The translations under genes were made by a program, and so were the position numbers. Positions 53,444 through 64,000 of a stretch of DNA of 64,000 nucleotides are shown piece after piece. The first letter of the stretch is position 1, and every line of letters starts with the position of its first letter. The notes beneath the pieces are model-generated. The model was not told the DNA's origin, did not search any database, and was given only the letters and a program-made list of their open reading frames with translations. Source of the DNA: an uncultured Acidobacteriota bacterium (GTDB taxonomy: Bacteria; Acidobacteriota; UBA6911); assembly GCA_963843575.1 (NCBI GenBank), contig CAWJKZ010000014.1, positions 384,001 through 448,000 of the forward strand, in the 5' to 3' direction.

Positions 53444-54459
53444 TCTCTTGGAGGAAGAGGATCGCACTGCTGTTGGCCCTCGTCGTCGTGGCGGCGGTCG
53501 CTTTCTGCTGGTGGATCGCCAACGAGCTCACGACGCCGTACTTCGGGGGCGCTCCGGGAGGCATTTTTGTCGAGGTGTCCCGCGGAGCAAGCACCCGCAA
53601 CATCGCCGGGCTCCTTTCACAGTCGGGCGTATTGCGCCATTCCCTGCCGTTCGTTGTTTACGTGCGCTGGACGGGAGCCGGCCGCCGGCTGCAGGCGGGG
53701 GAGTACCATTTCGACAGCCCGGCCACGCCGGTCCAGGTCTTGGACAGGATCATGCGTGGCGACATCCATTTCGTGGCAGTAACCATACCGGAGGGTCTCA
53801 CCGCGCGCGAGACGCTCGAGCAGGTCGCGCGCAGCGGATTGGGTAGGATGGAGGAAATGGAAGCCGCGCTGGTCCGCACGGAATGGATCCGCGATCTCGA
53901 CCCGCGCGCACGCAACCTGGAGGGATACCTTTTCCCGGACACCTATCGATTCACCCGGTCGATCCGTTCCGCTGACATCGTGCGCACGATGGTCACCGAA
54001 TTCCGCACCAATTACGAGAAACTGGTCCGTGAGCATCCTCCGGGGCCCGGTTGGGACGCTCGCCGGGTCGTCACCCTCGCCTCCCTGGTGGAAAAGGAAG
54101 TGGGCAACGATGAGGAAAGGCCGCTCGTCGCGTCCGTATTTGTCAATCGGCTCGAAAGGGGCATACCGCTCGCGTGTGATCCCACGATCATTTACGCGCT
54201 CAAGCTCGCCCGCGGGTACGACGGAAACATCCGCAAGCCCGACCTGAGCATGCAATCTCCTTATAACACCTATGTCCATCCGGGGCTGCCCCCCGGCCCT
54301 ATTGCCAGTCCCGGGATGGCTTCTCTCGAGGCCGCGATCAGCCCGGCGAGGACGGGGTTCCTCTACTTCGTGTCCAGGAACGACGGTACCCACCAGTTTT
54401 CCACGGACTACCGCAGCCACACGCAGGCGGTGCTGCGCTTCCAGAAGCGCGTGCCGTAG
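53440..54459 (+). CDS. mltG: Endolytic transglycosylase MltG
   Basis: LQAGEY, TIPEG, LEGYLFPDTY, LASLVEKE, SPYNTY and GLPPGPI motifs. Confidence 0.96.
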   Translation: MISWRKRIALLLALVVVAAVAFCWWIANELTTPYFGGAPGGIFVEVSRGASTRNIAGLLSQSGVLRHSLPFVVYVRWTGAGRRLQAGEYHFDSPATPVQVLDRIMRGDIHFVAVTIPEGLTARETLEQVARSGLGRMEEMEAALVRTEWIRDLDPRARNLEGYLFPDTYRFTRSIRSADIVRTMVTEFRTNYEKLVREHPPGPGWDARRVVTLASLVEKEVGNDEERPLVASVFVNRLERGIPLACDPTIIYALKLARGYDGNIRKPDLSMQSPYNTYVHPGLPPGPIASPGMASLEAAISPARTGFLYFVSRNDGTHQFSTDYRSHTQAVLRFQKRVP

Positions 54460-54486
54460 TGCCGGGCGCCCAATCCCGGCAATTTG

Positions 54487-54515
54487 TTGACTTGCGGAAA
54501 TCGCGATGTTAGGAT
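54487..54515 (+). promoter_or_regulatory. Putative sigma70 promoter
   Basis: TTGACT-17 nt-TAGGAT with an extended -10 TG. Confidence 0.55.
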
Positions 54516-54554
54516 TTGTGCGTGATCTTGAAATCTCATACTTGTCAACAGTTT

Positions 54555-55139
54555 ATGGCACGGCGACGCATCGGCTTGCTCGTCGTTGTCCTGCTGTTCG
54601 CCGGATCGATCCCAGGGCGTGCCCAGGCTCAGAAGCCCTCCCTTCCCGACCCTGTCAAGTTTGTAAACAAGTTCGACATCGTCTGGAACGTGGTGCGGGC
54701 GATCTTCGATGACATGGGTTTCGCCACCGAGCTGGAAGACCGCAAGGGCGGGCGCATCGTCACGAAGCCGTACGAGTTCATAACCGGCTCGCTGACTTCG
54801 AGCGAGGTCGATAAGGTTGCGATCAAGAACGACACCATTACCGGGAGCTGGCTGAAGGCTCGCTACACGGTCGAGGCGCTGCTCGAGATCGTGACCCCCA
54901 CCCAGACCATGCTGACCATCCGCACCCGGATGGAGGCGCTGAACCGCGACCTGGACGGCAGCGAGAAGTGGGTCCCTATCGAATCGCTCGGCACGATCGA
55001 GAAGCGCATACTGGGAAGGGTCAGCATGAAACTCCTGGGAAACGACCTTCCGTTCGACGACAAAAAGGGATTCTGGGACAAGAATCCCCAACCCGTCGAC
55101 TCGCGTCAGCCGAGGCCCTATCCGACGCGCCCCCGCTGA
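54555..55139 (+). CDS. Exported hypothetical protein, possibly BamC-like helix-grip fold
   Basis: Signal peptide ending AQA; VW..V..IF..MGF....EDRKGG.IVT pattern. Confidence 0.6.
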   Translation: MARRRIGLLVVVLLFAGSIPGRAQAQKPSLPDPVKFVNKFDIVWNVVRAIFDDMGFATELEDRKGGRIVTKPYEFITGSLTSSEVDKVAIKNDTITGSWLKARYTVEALLEIVTPTQTMLTIRTRMEALNRDLDGSEKWVPIESLGTIEKRILGRVSMKLLGNDLPFDDKKGFWDKNPQPVDSRQPRPYPTRPR

Positions 55140-55147
55140 TCCCTGCC

Positions 55148-55708
55148 ATGTCGACACCACCGCTTTCCCAGGATGATGTGTCACGCTCCGGCGCGGATCC
55201 CGATCCCGGCTATCCTATTTCGCCGGGCGTGTCCCGATTCCCGTTGCTCGCTGCGCTGCTCCGCGGGTTGCTGATCGCGCTGGCGATCGTCGTCGCCGCG
55301 GGATTCATCCTCGTCTTTCTGCCCCAACGGGCCGTGGACAAGACCGCAGCCACCCTCCGGGCGCGCACAGCCCCGCCCGCCCTCCCGGAAAGGATCGCGT
55401 TCCTTTATCTCGGCGATGAAGCCGCGGGAGGCGAGTTTCATATCCGGGGAGTGGTGCGCAACATTGCAACCGTGCCTGTCGAGAAACTCGACGCCACGGT
55501 CCGGCTGTATTCGGCAGAGGGGCGGCTGCTCGAGACCCGGGTGGTCCGGATGGACGCCGAGACCATCGCACCGGACGGGATCGCCCAATTCAACCTGATC
55601 TATCCCGACTACCGAGCCCAGTTCGGCAGCTATTCGGTCGATTTCATGCTGCGCGACGGCGAGCCTGTGCCCTACAAAGACATGCGCGCCTCTCGGGGAA
55701 AAGACTGA
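55148..55708 (+). CDS. Membrane-anchored protein with an FxLYD/DUF3426-like Ig domain
   Basis: Single TM, then IRGVVRN..ATVRLYSAEGRLL..IAPDG..F. Confidence 0.6.
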   Translation: MSTPPLSQDDVSRSGADPDPGYPISPGVSRFPLLAALLRGLLIALAIVVAAGFILVFLPQRAVDKTAATLRARTAPPALPERIAFLYLGDEAAGGEFHIRGVVRNIATVPVEKLDATVRLYSAEGRLLETRVVRMDAETIAPDGIAQFNLIYPDYRAQFGSYSVDFMLRDGEPVPYKDMRASRGKD

Positions 55709-55733
55709 CGCCCGCAGGCTCGAAATCCTGGCT

Positions 55734-57484
55734 ATGACCAACAGCAACCTCTCCCACCTCACTCCGTACCTTGCCAGGTACCGGGTGAAACTGGCGCTCG
55801 GCCTCGCGATGGTTTTCCTCACGGTGTCGACGGGGATGTTCGCGCCGTGGGTCCTCAAATACGTCGTCGACGACCTGCAGTCCGCCTTCGCGCGGGAGAA
55901 GCTGCCGCAATATGCGGGGATGATCATCGGGATTTCGGTGGCGGAAGGGTTCTTCCGCTTCTGGATGCGGAAGATCCTGATCGGGGTGAGCCGCGAGGTC
56001 GAATACGACCTGCGCAACGACTTCCTCGCCCATCTGCAGAAAATGCCGCTCAGTTTCTTCCAGGCCCGCAACACGGGCGACATCATGTCGCGGGCCACCA
56101 ACGACCTGAACGCGGTCCGCTCGGTGCTGGGGCCCGGCATCATGTACTCGGCCACCACCATCGTCACGGTCGTCGCCGCGACCGCCATACTGCTGCGCAT
56201 CAACTGGCACCTTACTCTTCTCGCCTATGTGCCGCTCGGCCTGGCTTCGTTTACCGTAAAGCACTTCGGACAGCAGATTCACGACCGGTTCGAGAAGATC
56301 CAGGAGCAGTTCTCCAGCATCAGCACGATGGTCCAGGAGAACCTGTCCGGCATCCGGGTCGTGAAGGCGTTTGCCCGCGAGGAATCCCAGGTCGAGGAGT
56401 TCAAGGCCCTCAACCAGGACTATGTCCGCCGCAGCGTGTCGCTGATCAGGCTTTGGGGGGTGTTTTACCCGCTCATGTCGGCCCTGATCGGGCTTTCCTC
56501 GGCCGCTCTGCTATGGTGGGGGGGAGACAAGTGGTCTCGGGCGCCCTGAGCCTGGGCGAATTTGTCGCTTTCATCGGGTACCTGGCGATGCTGACCTGGC
56601 CGACGATCGCCGTCGGGTGGGTGATCAACATCTTCCAGCGCGGCTCCGCCTCCATGGGACGGATCCTGAGCGTCCTGCAGATCGAGCCGGCGATCCGGGA
56701 CTCGGCGACGGCGGCGGCTCCCGAATCCCCGCAGGGGGCCCTCGAGGTGCGGCACCTGTCCTTCGCGTACCCCGGGACGGAAATCCCGGTGCTGCACGAC
56801 ATCGCCTTCTCCGTCCCGGCCGGCCAGAGCCTTGCCATCGTGGGTCACACGGGCAGCGGCAAGTCGACCCTCATCAATCTGATTCCCCGGCTCTTCGACC
56901 CTCCGCCCGGAACCGTGTTCGTCGACGGGCGGGACGTCCGTGAGTGGCCCCTGGCCGAACTGAGGCGCATGATCGGCTACGTCCCCCAGGAGACCTTCCT
57001 GTTTTCGGATACGATATTTGAAAACATCGCCTTCGGACGGCGCGGGGAGGTGCCCGCGGACGACGTCGCGTGGGCCGCGCGCGTCTCCCAGGTCGCCGAG
57101 GACATCGGGCATTTCCCCCAGCAGTACGAGACGTTCGTCGGCGAACGCGGCATCACGCTGTCCGGCGGCCAGAAACAGCGCGTGGCCATCAGCCGCGCCG
57201 TGGCGCTTTCCCCCCGGATCCTCCTGCTGGACGACTCCCTGTCGAATGTCGACACCTACACCGAAGAGCGCATCCTGGGCGAACTGGCGCAGGTCATGGA
57301 GGGCCGCACCACCATTCTGGTTTCACACCGGGTCTCGACGGTGCGCAACGCCCATCAGATCATCGTCCTGCAGGATGGGGCGATCGTGGAACGCGGCACG
57401 CACGAGTCCCTGATGGCGCGTCAGGGCGCATACGCCGACCTCTATCAGAAGCAGCTTCTGGAGGAGGAACTGGCGACCGCCTGA
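55734..57484 (+). CDS. ABC exporter subunit (TMD-NBD), degenerate Walker B; apparent -1 G at 56518-56524
   Basis: TGDIMSRATND, GHTGSGKS, LSGGQKQR and LLLDD motifs; G7 run where G8 restores the frame. Confidence 0.9.
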
Positions 57485-57487
57485 CAT

Positions 57488-59390
57488 ATGCCTCCCCAAG
57501 CGCACGACGACCAGGTTCTCGGCAAGGCGTACGACGCCCGCCTCATGCGGCGGTTGCTGACCTACATCCGCCCGTACCGCGGCTCGGCCGCCCTCGCCAT
57601 CATCTACATCCTCGGCGGCGTCGGCGCTGTCGGTGCTCCCGCCCTACCTGACCAAGGTCGCCATCGACCGATACATCACGGCCGGCGACCGGACGGGGCT
57701 CGACCGTATCGCAGCGCTGTACGTCCTCACCCTGATGGCGGTCTTCGGCCTGAGCTACGGTCAGACCTGGGTCATGAACCTGATGGGCCAGAAGATCATG
57801 TACGACCTCCGCCTGCAGATCTTCCGGCACCTGCAGCGACTCGACGTGGCGTTTTTCGACCACAACCCGGTCGGCCGCCTGATGACACGGGTCACTACCG
57901 ACGTCGACGCCCTCAACGAGCTGTTCACCTCGGGGGTGATCACCATCTTCGGCGACGTGTGCACCCTGGTGGGAATCGTCATCACCCTGTTCCTGATGAA
58001 TTTCCGGCTCGCCCTGGCGGTCTTCTCCGTCGTGCCGCTCCTGTTCCTGGTCACATTTCTCTTCAAGATCAAGGTGCGCGACTCCTTCCGCCGGGTCCGC
58101 ACAGCGATTGCCCGCATCAACACGTTCCTCCAGGAGAACATCACCGGGACGGCCGTGGTGCAGATCTTCAACCAGGAGGCGAAACAACACGAGCGTTTCA
58201 CCCGCATCAACCGCGAGCACCTGGACGCCAATCTGCAGTCGATTTTCTACTACGCCATTTTCTACCCGCTCCTCGAACTCGTCGGCGCGCTGGCGGTCGC
58301 ACTGATCGTCTGGTACGGCGGACTCCAGGTGTTCGCGGGTGCGCTGACCCTGGGAGCCCTGGTGGCCTTCATCCAGTACTCCGACCGCTTCTTCCGACCG
58401 ATTTCGGATCTCAGCGAGAAGTACACGATCCTGCAGGCGGCCATGGCTTCCTCCGAGCGGATTTTCAAGCTCCTCGACACTCCGCCGGCCATCATCAGTC
58501 CTGCACGGCCCCAGGCCATCGAGGTCCGGTCGGGCCGCGTCGAATTCCGCAACGTCAGCTTCGGCTACAACCCGGGAGAGACCATCCTGCACGACGTGTC
58601 GTTCACGGTCGAGCCCGGGGAGAAGGTGGCGCTGGTCGGCGCCACCGGAGCCGGCAAATCCACCATCATCGGACTGCTCAGCCGTTTCTACGAGGTCGGA
58701 CAGGGCGAGATCCGCGTCGACGGGACGGACATCCGCGAGTTCGACCTGCACGGACTGCGCCGCTCGATCGGCATCGTCCTTCAGGACGTGTTCCTGTTTT
58801 CCGGAACCGTGGGGGACAACATCCGTCTCGCCAACGACCGCATCACGGCGGAGGAGGTGCGCGCCGCGGCCGATACGGTGCACGCCGCGCGCTTCATCGA
58901 AAGGCTGGCCAACCAGTACGACACGAGGGTCGGGGAACGCGGCTCGTCGCTGTCGGTCGGCCAGAAGCAGCTGCTAGCCTTCGCCCGCGCCCTGGCGTAC
59001 GATCCGAAAATCCTCGTCCTGGACGAAGCCACCTCCAGCATCGACACGGAAACCGAGCTGCTGATCCGCGACGCGCTGGCCAGATTGCTGGCCGGCCGCA
59101 CCTCGATCATCATCGCGCACCGGCTGTCGACCGTGCAGAACGCCGACCGCATCGTCGTGCTGCACCGCGGGCGCGTGCGCGAGACGGGCACCCACCAGGA
59201 ACTGCTGAAGGCGAAGGGGATTTACTGGAGACTCTACCAGCTGCAGTACAAGGACCAGCTGACGACCGGCGGGCATGGCGGGACAAACCGGGATGCCGGA
59301 AGTCAGCGGGCCCCCTTGCCCATGAGCACGACCGGAAACGTGCGCAGCAGGATCTTCACGTCCAGGAGCAGCGACCAGTTGTCGATATAG
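57488..59390 (+). CDS. ABC exporter subunit (TMD-NBD), partner of the preceding gene; apparent frameshift near 57630
   Basis: GRLMTRVTTD, GATGAGKS, degenerate LSVGQ, LDEATS and AHRLST motifs; MdlA/MdlB-like heterodimer pattern. Confidence 0.9.
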
Positions 59391-60734
59391 TGCAGGTCCA
59401 GCTTCATCCACTCGTGGAAATCGATCTCGTTGCGCCCCGACACCTGCCAGAGACACGTGATGCCCGGCTTGACCGAGAGGCGCCGGCGCTGCCAGCGCGT
59501 GTATTCGCGCACTTCCTCCGGCAGCGGGGCCCGGGGCCCGACGAGGCTCATGTCGCCCGTCAGGACGTTCCAGAATTGCGGCCACTCGTCGATGGAGCTC
59601 TTGCGCAGGAAACGGCCCAGGGGCGTGACCCGTGGGTCGTTGCGCATCTTGAACACCGGGCCGTCCATCTCGTTCAGGTGCTTGATCTCCCAAAGGACGT
59701 CCTCCGCCCCCTCGCGCATGCTGCGGAACTTGTACAGGACGAACTTCCTCCCGTACAACCCGCAGCGGATCTGCCTGTAAATGATCGGCCCCTTGGAGGT
59801 CAAACCGATCAGGATGCCGAAGACGACCATCAGAGGCGCCAGGAGGACGAGCAGGACCGACGCGATGAGCACATCCATGACCCGCTTCAGGAACATCGAC
59901 AGCGGGTGATCCGGCCGGCTGCCAAAGGTTATCAGCGGGACGTTTTCGAGGAACTCCATCGAAACCTTGGAGACCTTGACGGGGAAGAAGTCCGCGGCTA
60001 TGCGGGTCTGGATTCCCTGCTCCTTGCAGATGGCCAGCACTTCGCGGAAAGACTCGAGGTCGCGGGGTTCGCTGCCGACGAAGATCAGCTCGTCGACGAC
60101 GTTGTTCTCGATGATCTGAGGGATGTCGGAGAGGTCCCCGAGTTCCCCGTCGCCGCCCCCCCGATCACCGTTGGCACGCACGTAGCCCAGGATCTTCAGA
60201 CCCCCAATCCGAATAGCGCGAAATGAGGGCGCCCATCGCACGCGCCTTGTCCCCGGCCCCGACGATCAGGATGTTGCGCAGCGGCGGCGACGAGTGCCGG
60301 CGCCGGCTGCTGTGGATGAGGACCGCCAGGCGGGCAACCGACAGCAGGCTCGCCTGCAGCAGCACGAACAGGGCGATCAGGAGTCGGCTCAGGTTCAGCG
60401 TCAGGGCGAACGAAAGGAAGCCGAGAAACAGGCCCAGGAGGACCGACGACTCCAGGATGATCCGGATCCTCCCCCACCCGGAGCGCGTGAACGAGATGCG
60501 GTACAGGCCGAGCGAGTAGGCGACGATCGCCCACCACGCGATCGCGAACACCACCATCCAGAGGTAGGCCCGCAGCGGGTGCAGTTCCGGATTGAGCAAT
60601 CCCTCGAGGCTGCCCGGGACGGCCGAGCCCGCATGAATGCGCGCGAGATAGGAAAGCGGAAACGCCGCGCACGTCAGCAACAGGTCGGTGACGAACTGCA
60701 AAGTCGTGAAAAGCTTGGCGCGCTCTCGGAACAT
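59303..60734 (-). CDS. Polyprenyl-phosphate glycosylphosphotransferase (WcaJ/CpsE-like); apparent frameshift near 60200
   Basis: N-terminal TMs, ILIVGAG, KRVMDV, KFRSM, DPRVT, DEWPQFWNV, GDMSLVGPR and KPGITCLWQV motifs. Confidence 0.9.
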
Positions 60735-60786
60735 CGCTTTTCGGACCCCACAAAACGTCGAATTATAGCACGGCCCGGTGGGCCGG

Positions 60787-63513
60787 CTAGTTCGGCAATT
60801 GCTGCGGCGGCACGGCGGAGAGGTACCGGCCGTTGGTCGCCCCAAAAAGCTCGAATCCTATGATCGGGTTGCTGGAAAGCACCTTGACGAATCCACCCAC
60901 CTGTCCGGCCGTGCTCGGAATGAGCTGCTCCAGCAAAGCGACGAGCCGCCCGCCCGCGCGCAGCACGAGCGATGCGCTGCCGGTCAGGGCACCCGTCCGG
61001 CCGTAGACCTCGACCCGCACCTCCCCTCCGACCGGCGCCAGGAACGCCAGGCCCGTGTAGAATCCCTGGCCCTGCGCCACCTGCGAGAACAGGAACTCGC
61101 GCTCCCCGGCGGCGCTGAGCGGGAGAGCAGCGCCGAAATCCAGCTCCTGGAAAGCAGGATTCCCGTTGCCGAACATCACATTTCCTATCAGGCGGGCGCC
61201 GGCGGAACCGGTAATCCTGATCGAGCCCTCCACAGGGGGGCTGCCTGCGAGGCCGAAATACGAGCCCACATCCACCGTAAAGTGCCCCCCGACTGGGATG
61301 GCAATCGAACTGCCCGCCCTCGATCCCGGGAGCAACTCCCCGTTGTTGCCGTGCAGCGTCACCGACACGGCAGCCGGCGCGGACCCGGCATTGACGACAT
61401 TCAGGCGCGTGCCGAAGGCCACGCCGAAGTCTCCGACGGCAAGCTGCGGCGAGTACAGGACGGCCGAAGCCTCCTCGGTCGGCTGTGCGTTGAGCCCCAA
61501 CACCGTCCCGGATTGCCGGACGAAAGCAAAACCCGCCAGCGCCTCCGCGGAGCAGGTCGCCTGGACATGCGCCGAGACCAGCGGGTGGGTGTAGCCGAAC
61601 ATCGTCGACACGCTTTCGCCGATCTTGCCCCGCGCCGGGATGGTGCGTTTGAGCGGCCCCCGCAGCACCTCCCCCGATGGCCCGACGAGCGTGAGCGCCA
61701 CCGGCGCGGGGGAGTCCGACACGTTCATGAGGTGGATTTCGGTGGCAGTGAACGAGTTCTGCAACACGTCGGCGAAGTAGAGCTGCCTGTAACCCCGGGT
61801 AAACGCCCCCGCACCGTCGAGGTAGTTGTTTGCCGTGTCACCCGACAGAAAAAATCCCTGCAGCTCGGCCGTGTCGGACTCCAGCACGATCGAACCCGCC
61901 TGGCGGCTGAGTGGCGGGAGGTTGAAGATCTGCCGCTCCAGCCGCGCGGTCTGGGCATTGGCCGCGATGCTTAAATCCGTCGGGACGGTTGCGTCCTGGT
62001 CGTAGATCAGCTCGCCGGCGTAGTCGCGGCTCGTGATCCGGACCGACGCGGGCAGCGATGCGGGGTTGGCCAGGGCGATTCCCGTGTACTGGTCGGGCGA
62101 GGTCACGAGATAAGGGATATAGAGGGTGAGCGCGGGTGGCGTCCGCTGCATGACGATGATCCCACCGGTGCTGGCGGCCTCCTCCTCCCCCGCCCGCACG
62201 GCCACCGTGCGTGGGCCGGGCACGGCATCGGGAGCCACGTGAATCAGCACCGAAACGCCGACCTCGGTCCCCGCCGTGTTCTTGAGCACCTTCAGCGGCC
62301 GGGCGCCGTCGATCGTTATCCCGGTGCCTAGGATGCGCACGTCGGGAATCCCTGCCACCTTCGACACGCCGGCTCCCCCGATCAACAGCGTCACAAGGTC
62401 CCCGGGGTGCACGATCACCCCCCCTGTGGCCAGGTAACCGGCTCCCGTCAGCGGATCGCCCATCCCCATGCGGTCGACGTTCAGGCCGGCGCTCTTGGCC
62501 GGCACCTCGAAATCCACCTCGTCCGAGGACTCTTCCGGACTCGAGACGTCGTCCGCCGACGAGACCCGCTGCTCCTTGAAGACCGTACGGAAAGTGGTGT
62601 TGAGCTTCCGGTAGTACGCCTCGTCCCCCTGCAACTGCAGGTCGTCGACCCTCGCCGGACCATCCAGCGGTTCGGCGTAGACCGTGTACCTGCCCGCCAC
62701 CGGCCCGGTGATCGAGTAGCTGCCGTCAGGCTCGGACAGGGTGGTGTAAAGCAGGTTGCGATCGACTTCCATAGCCGCCACCGACGCGCCAAAGACGGGC
62801 TTGCCCTGCTGCGTCACCCGCCCCGAAATGCGGCCGAGCCCCGAACTGCGGCTCCTGTCAGGATAGGTGAAGGTGGCAAACGACACGGAGTCCGCAGACA
62901 GGTACCGCTGGAAGAACTCACCCGGTCCGGTCAGGAAAAACATCGTGTCGTTTTGCGCGACGGCATGGTCGCATCCGAGAAGATGCCCCAACTCGTGCGT
63001 AACGATCGATTGGAGGTCGTAGGTGGCCGGCGCGAGGTTCGTCGAAAATCTGTAGTCCGGGTTGAGGACGATATCCGCCTCGGTGATCGCCCCGGTGCCG
63101 ACGCTGAAGACGACGCGGGTGAGCGCCACCGGCCCGTCTGCATCCCCGATCAGCTGGCGGTTGCCCGGCGTATCGGCCATGGTGAGCAGGTTCGTCCCGT
63201 CCTGGCCTCCCGACTGCAACCCGGAGATCCGCAACTCCGAAAAGCGCACCGCCGCCGTCTGCACGCTCTGCCATGCCAGCATCGAGGCCTTGACGGCCCC
63301 CATTACATCGCTCCCCGCGGCCAGATTCGGAGTTCCCCCCACCGTGGCGTCGTTTACCCAGAGCGCGATGGGAAACCTATCCGAGGGCCAGAAGAGACGC
63401 AGGCCCTCGGTCCCCCACCTCATGGGGACGTAGGCCGAGGCAGCCGGCAGAAAAAGCAGGGCGGGAGCCAGCCACAGCAGCAGGCGCGATTTCAAGGGGG
63501 GCCGGAGCTTCAT
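60787..63513 (-). CDS. Secreted matrixin-like metzincin with a carboxypeptidase-regulatory-like domain and four C-terminal beta-rich repeats
   Basis: Signal peptide; EADIVLN, HELGHLLGCDH and Met-turn DTMF; repeats begin LYIPYL, LYFADV, LYSPQL and FLFSQV. Confidence 0.85.
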   Translation of the reverse strand: MKLRPPLKSRLLLWLAPALLFLPAASAYVPMRWGTEGLRLFWPSDRFPIALWVNDATVGGTPNLAAGSDVMGAVKASMLAWQSVQTAAVRFSELRISGLQSGGQDGTNLLTMADTPGNRQLIGDADGPVALTRVVFSVGTGAITEADIVLNPDYRFSTNLAPATYDLQSIVTHELGHLLGCDHAVAQNDTMFFLTGPGEFFQRYLSADSVSFATFTYPDRSRSSGLGRISGRVTQQGKPVFGASVAAMEVDRNLLYTTLSEPDGSYSITGPVAGRYTVYAEPLDGPARVDDLQLQGDEAYYRKLNTTFRTVFKEQRVSSADDVSSPEESSDEVDFEVPAKSAGLNVDRMGMGDPLTGAGYLATGGVIVHPGDLVTLLIGGAGVSKVAGIPDVRILGTGITIDGARPLKVLKNTAGTEVGVSVLIHVAPDAVPGPRTVAVRAGEEEAASTGGIIVMQRTPPALTLYIPYLVTSPDQYTGIALANPASLPASVRITSRDYAGELIYDQDATVPTDLSIAANAQTARLERQIFNLPPLSRQAGSIVLESDTAELQGFFLSGDTANNYLDGAGAFTRGYRQLYFADVLQNSFTATEIHLMNVSDSPAPVALTLVGPSGEVLRGPLKRTIPARGKIGESVSTMFGYTHPLVSAHVQATCSAEALAGFAFVRQSGTVLGLNAQPTEEASAVLYSPQLAVGDFGVAFGTRLNVVNAGSAPAAVSVTLHGNNGELLPGSRAGSSIAIPVGGHFTVDVGSYFGLAGSPPVEGSIRITGSAGARLIGNVMFGNGNPAFQELDFGAALPLSAAGEREFLFSQVAQGQGFYTGLAFLAPVGGEVRVEVYGRTGALTGSASLVLRAGGRLVALLEQLIPSTAGQVGGFVKVLSSNPIIGFELFGATNGRYLSAVPPQQLPN

Positions 63514-64000
63514 CGGATTCTCTGACGGATGTCGCGCATGAACTCGTCCAGCCGGCGCTCGCCGAGAGGCTCAGGGACCTGCGGCCTGCGCACGCTGTCG
63601 CTCTCATACACCGGCTCGGCCTGCCGGTCGAGCGCGTGCGCCATCGGCGGACTCCCGGCCCCGTCCCGCGTCACCCCGTAAACCCCCTGACGCAGGCCCG
63701 TCACACGCAACCGGTTGCCGGTTGCACCGTGCAGAAACAAGACCACCTCGTCGTTCAGCCGGAAGCGCGGCACCCCGGGCAAGAGGTGCCCCACATCCCC
63801 GACTACGCCGCCAGGCTCGCTGACCGTAACCGTCCTCCCGGAACTTCCCTTCGCCGAGTCGATCACCAGGACTTCGGTGTGCGTCCAGATCGTCCTGGTT
63901 TCCGAATCCCACGCGGCGTGAGACCCGACCACACGCCCGTGGACGATCCGGTCCGAACGGGCAACGAGGGTATCCAGCGTCAGACTACGCACCGTCGCCG
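63510..64000 (-). CDS. Small protein with an L..LV..SD.IV.G.V motif, 5' end outside the window
   Basis: ORF overlaps the protease start by 4 bp; LDTLVARSDRIVHGRV..PGGVVG..GVPRF..EVVLFL..GLRQG. Confidence 0.7.
   Translation of the reverse strand, partial: ATVRSLTLDTLVARSDRIVHGRVVGSHAAWDSETRTIWTHTEVLVIDSAKGSSGRTVTVSEPGGVVGDVGHLLPGVPRFRLNDEVVLFLHGATGNRLRVTGLRQGVYGVTRDGAGSPPMAHALDRQAEPVYESDSVRRPQVPEPLGERRLDEFMRDIRQRIR

Noticed and set aside
56518-56524. Phase-variable poly-G tract in the ABC gene
   Set aside because: G7 is short, and similar single-base slips occur in many unrelated genes here, which fits assembly error better
59303-59390. 88-bp convergent overlap between the ABC gene and the sugar transferase
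   Set aside because: The ABC tail is non-conserved sequence, and one indel near 59260 could give an earlier stop; not reliable in this assembly

Overview
GC-rich bacterial chromosomal segment. The gene set and order (arg cluster, TonB/ExbB/ExbD/ExbD/TPR next to secDF, short PheT, split HldE, large secreted metzincin) suggest Acidobacteriota, but that is an inference. It is mostly housekeeping: SPOR/stomatin/NfeD, lipA-pheA-leuA, argR-C-B-D-J, serA with a class V aminotransferase, LPS core/lipid A genes, rnpB, recA, rel, tgt-yajC-secDF, uvrA, 6S RNA-ymdB, thrS-infC-rpmI-rplT-pheST-zapBA, tRNA-Val(GAC), ruvX-mltG, a heterodimeric ABC exporter and a WcaJ-like transferase. I found no CRISPR array, prophage, transposase or integrase. 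About a dozen single-base frameshifts, several in homopolymer runs, look like long-read assembly errors. The most notable observations are: (1) a CtpA/S41 homologue that has lost both catalytic residues and lies head-to-head with ruvX-mltG; (2) a ComEA-like helix-hairpin-helix insertion in the SecF periplasmic domain; (3) a 57-codon relic of a LeuB/IDH-family gene between leuA and pheA; (4) a TonB-ExbB-2xExbD-TPR lipoprotein motor with no receptor in the window; (5) a metzincin paired with a small TIMP/OB-like protein; (6) two kinds of palindromic non-autonomous repeat; (7) an inverted 6S-ymdB block next to a decayed 1.1 kb island. All product calls come from motifs recognised by eye; no database searches were run.
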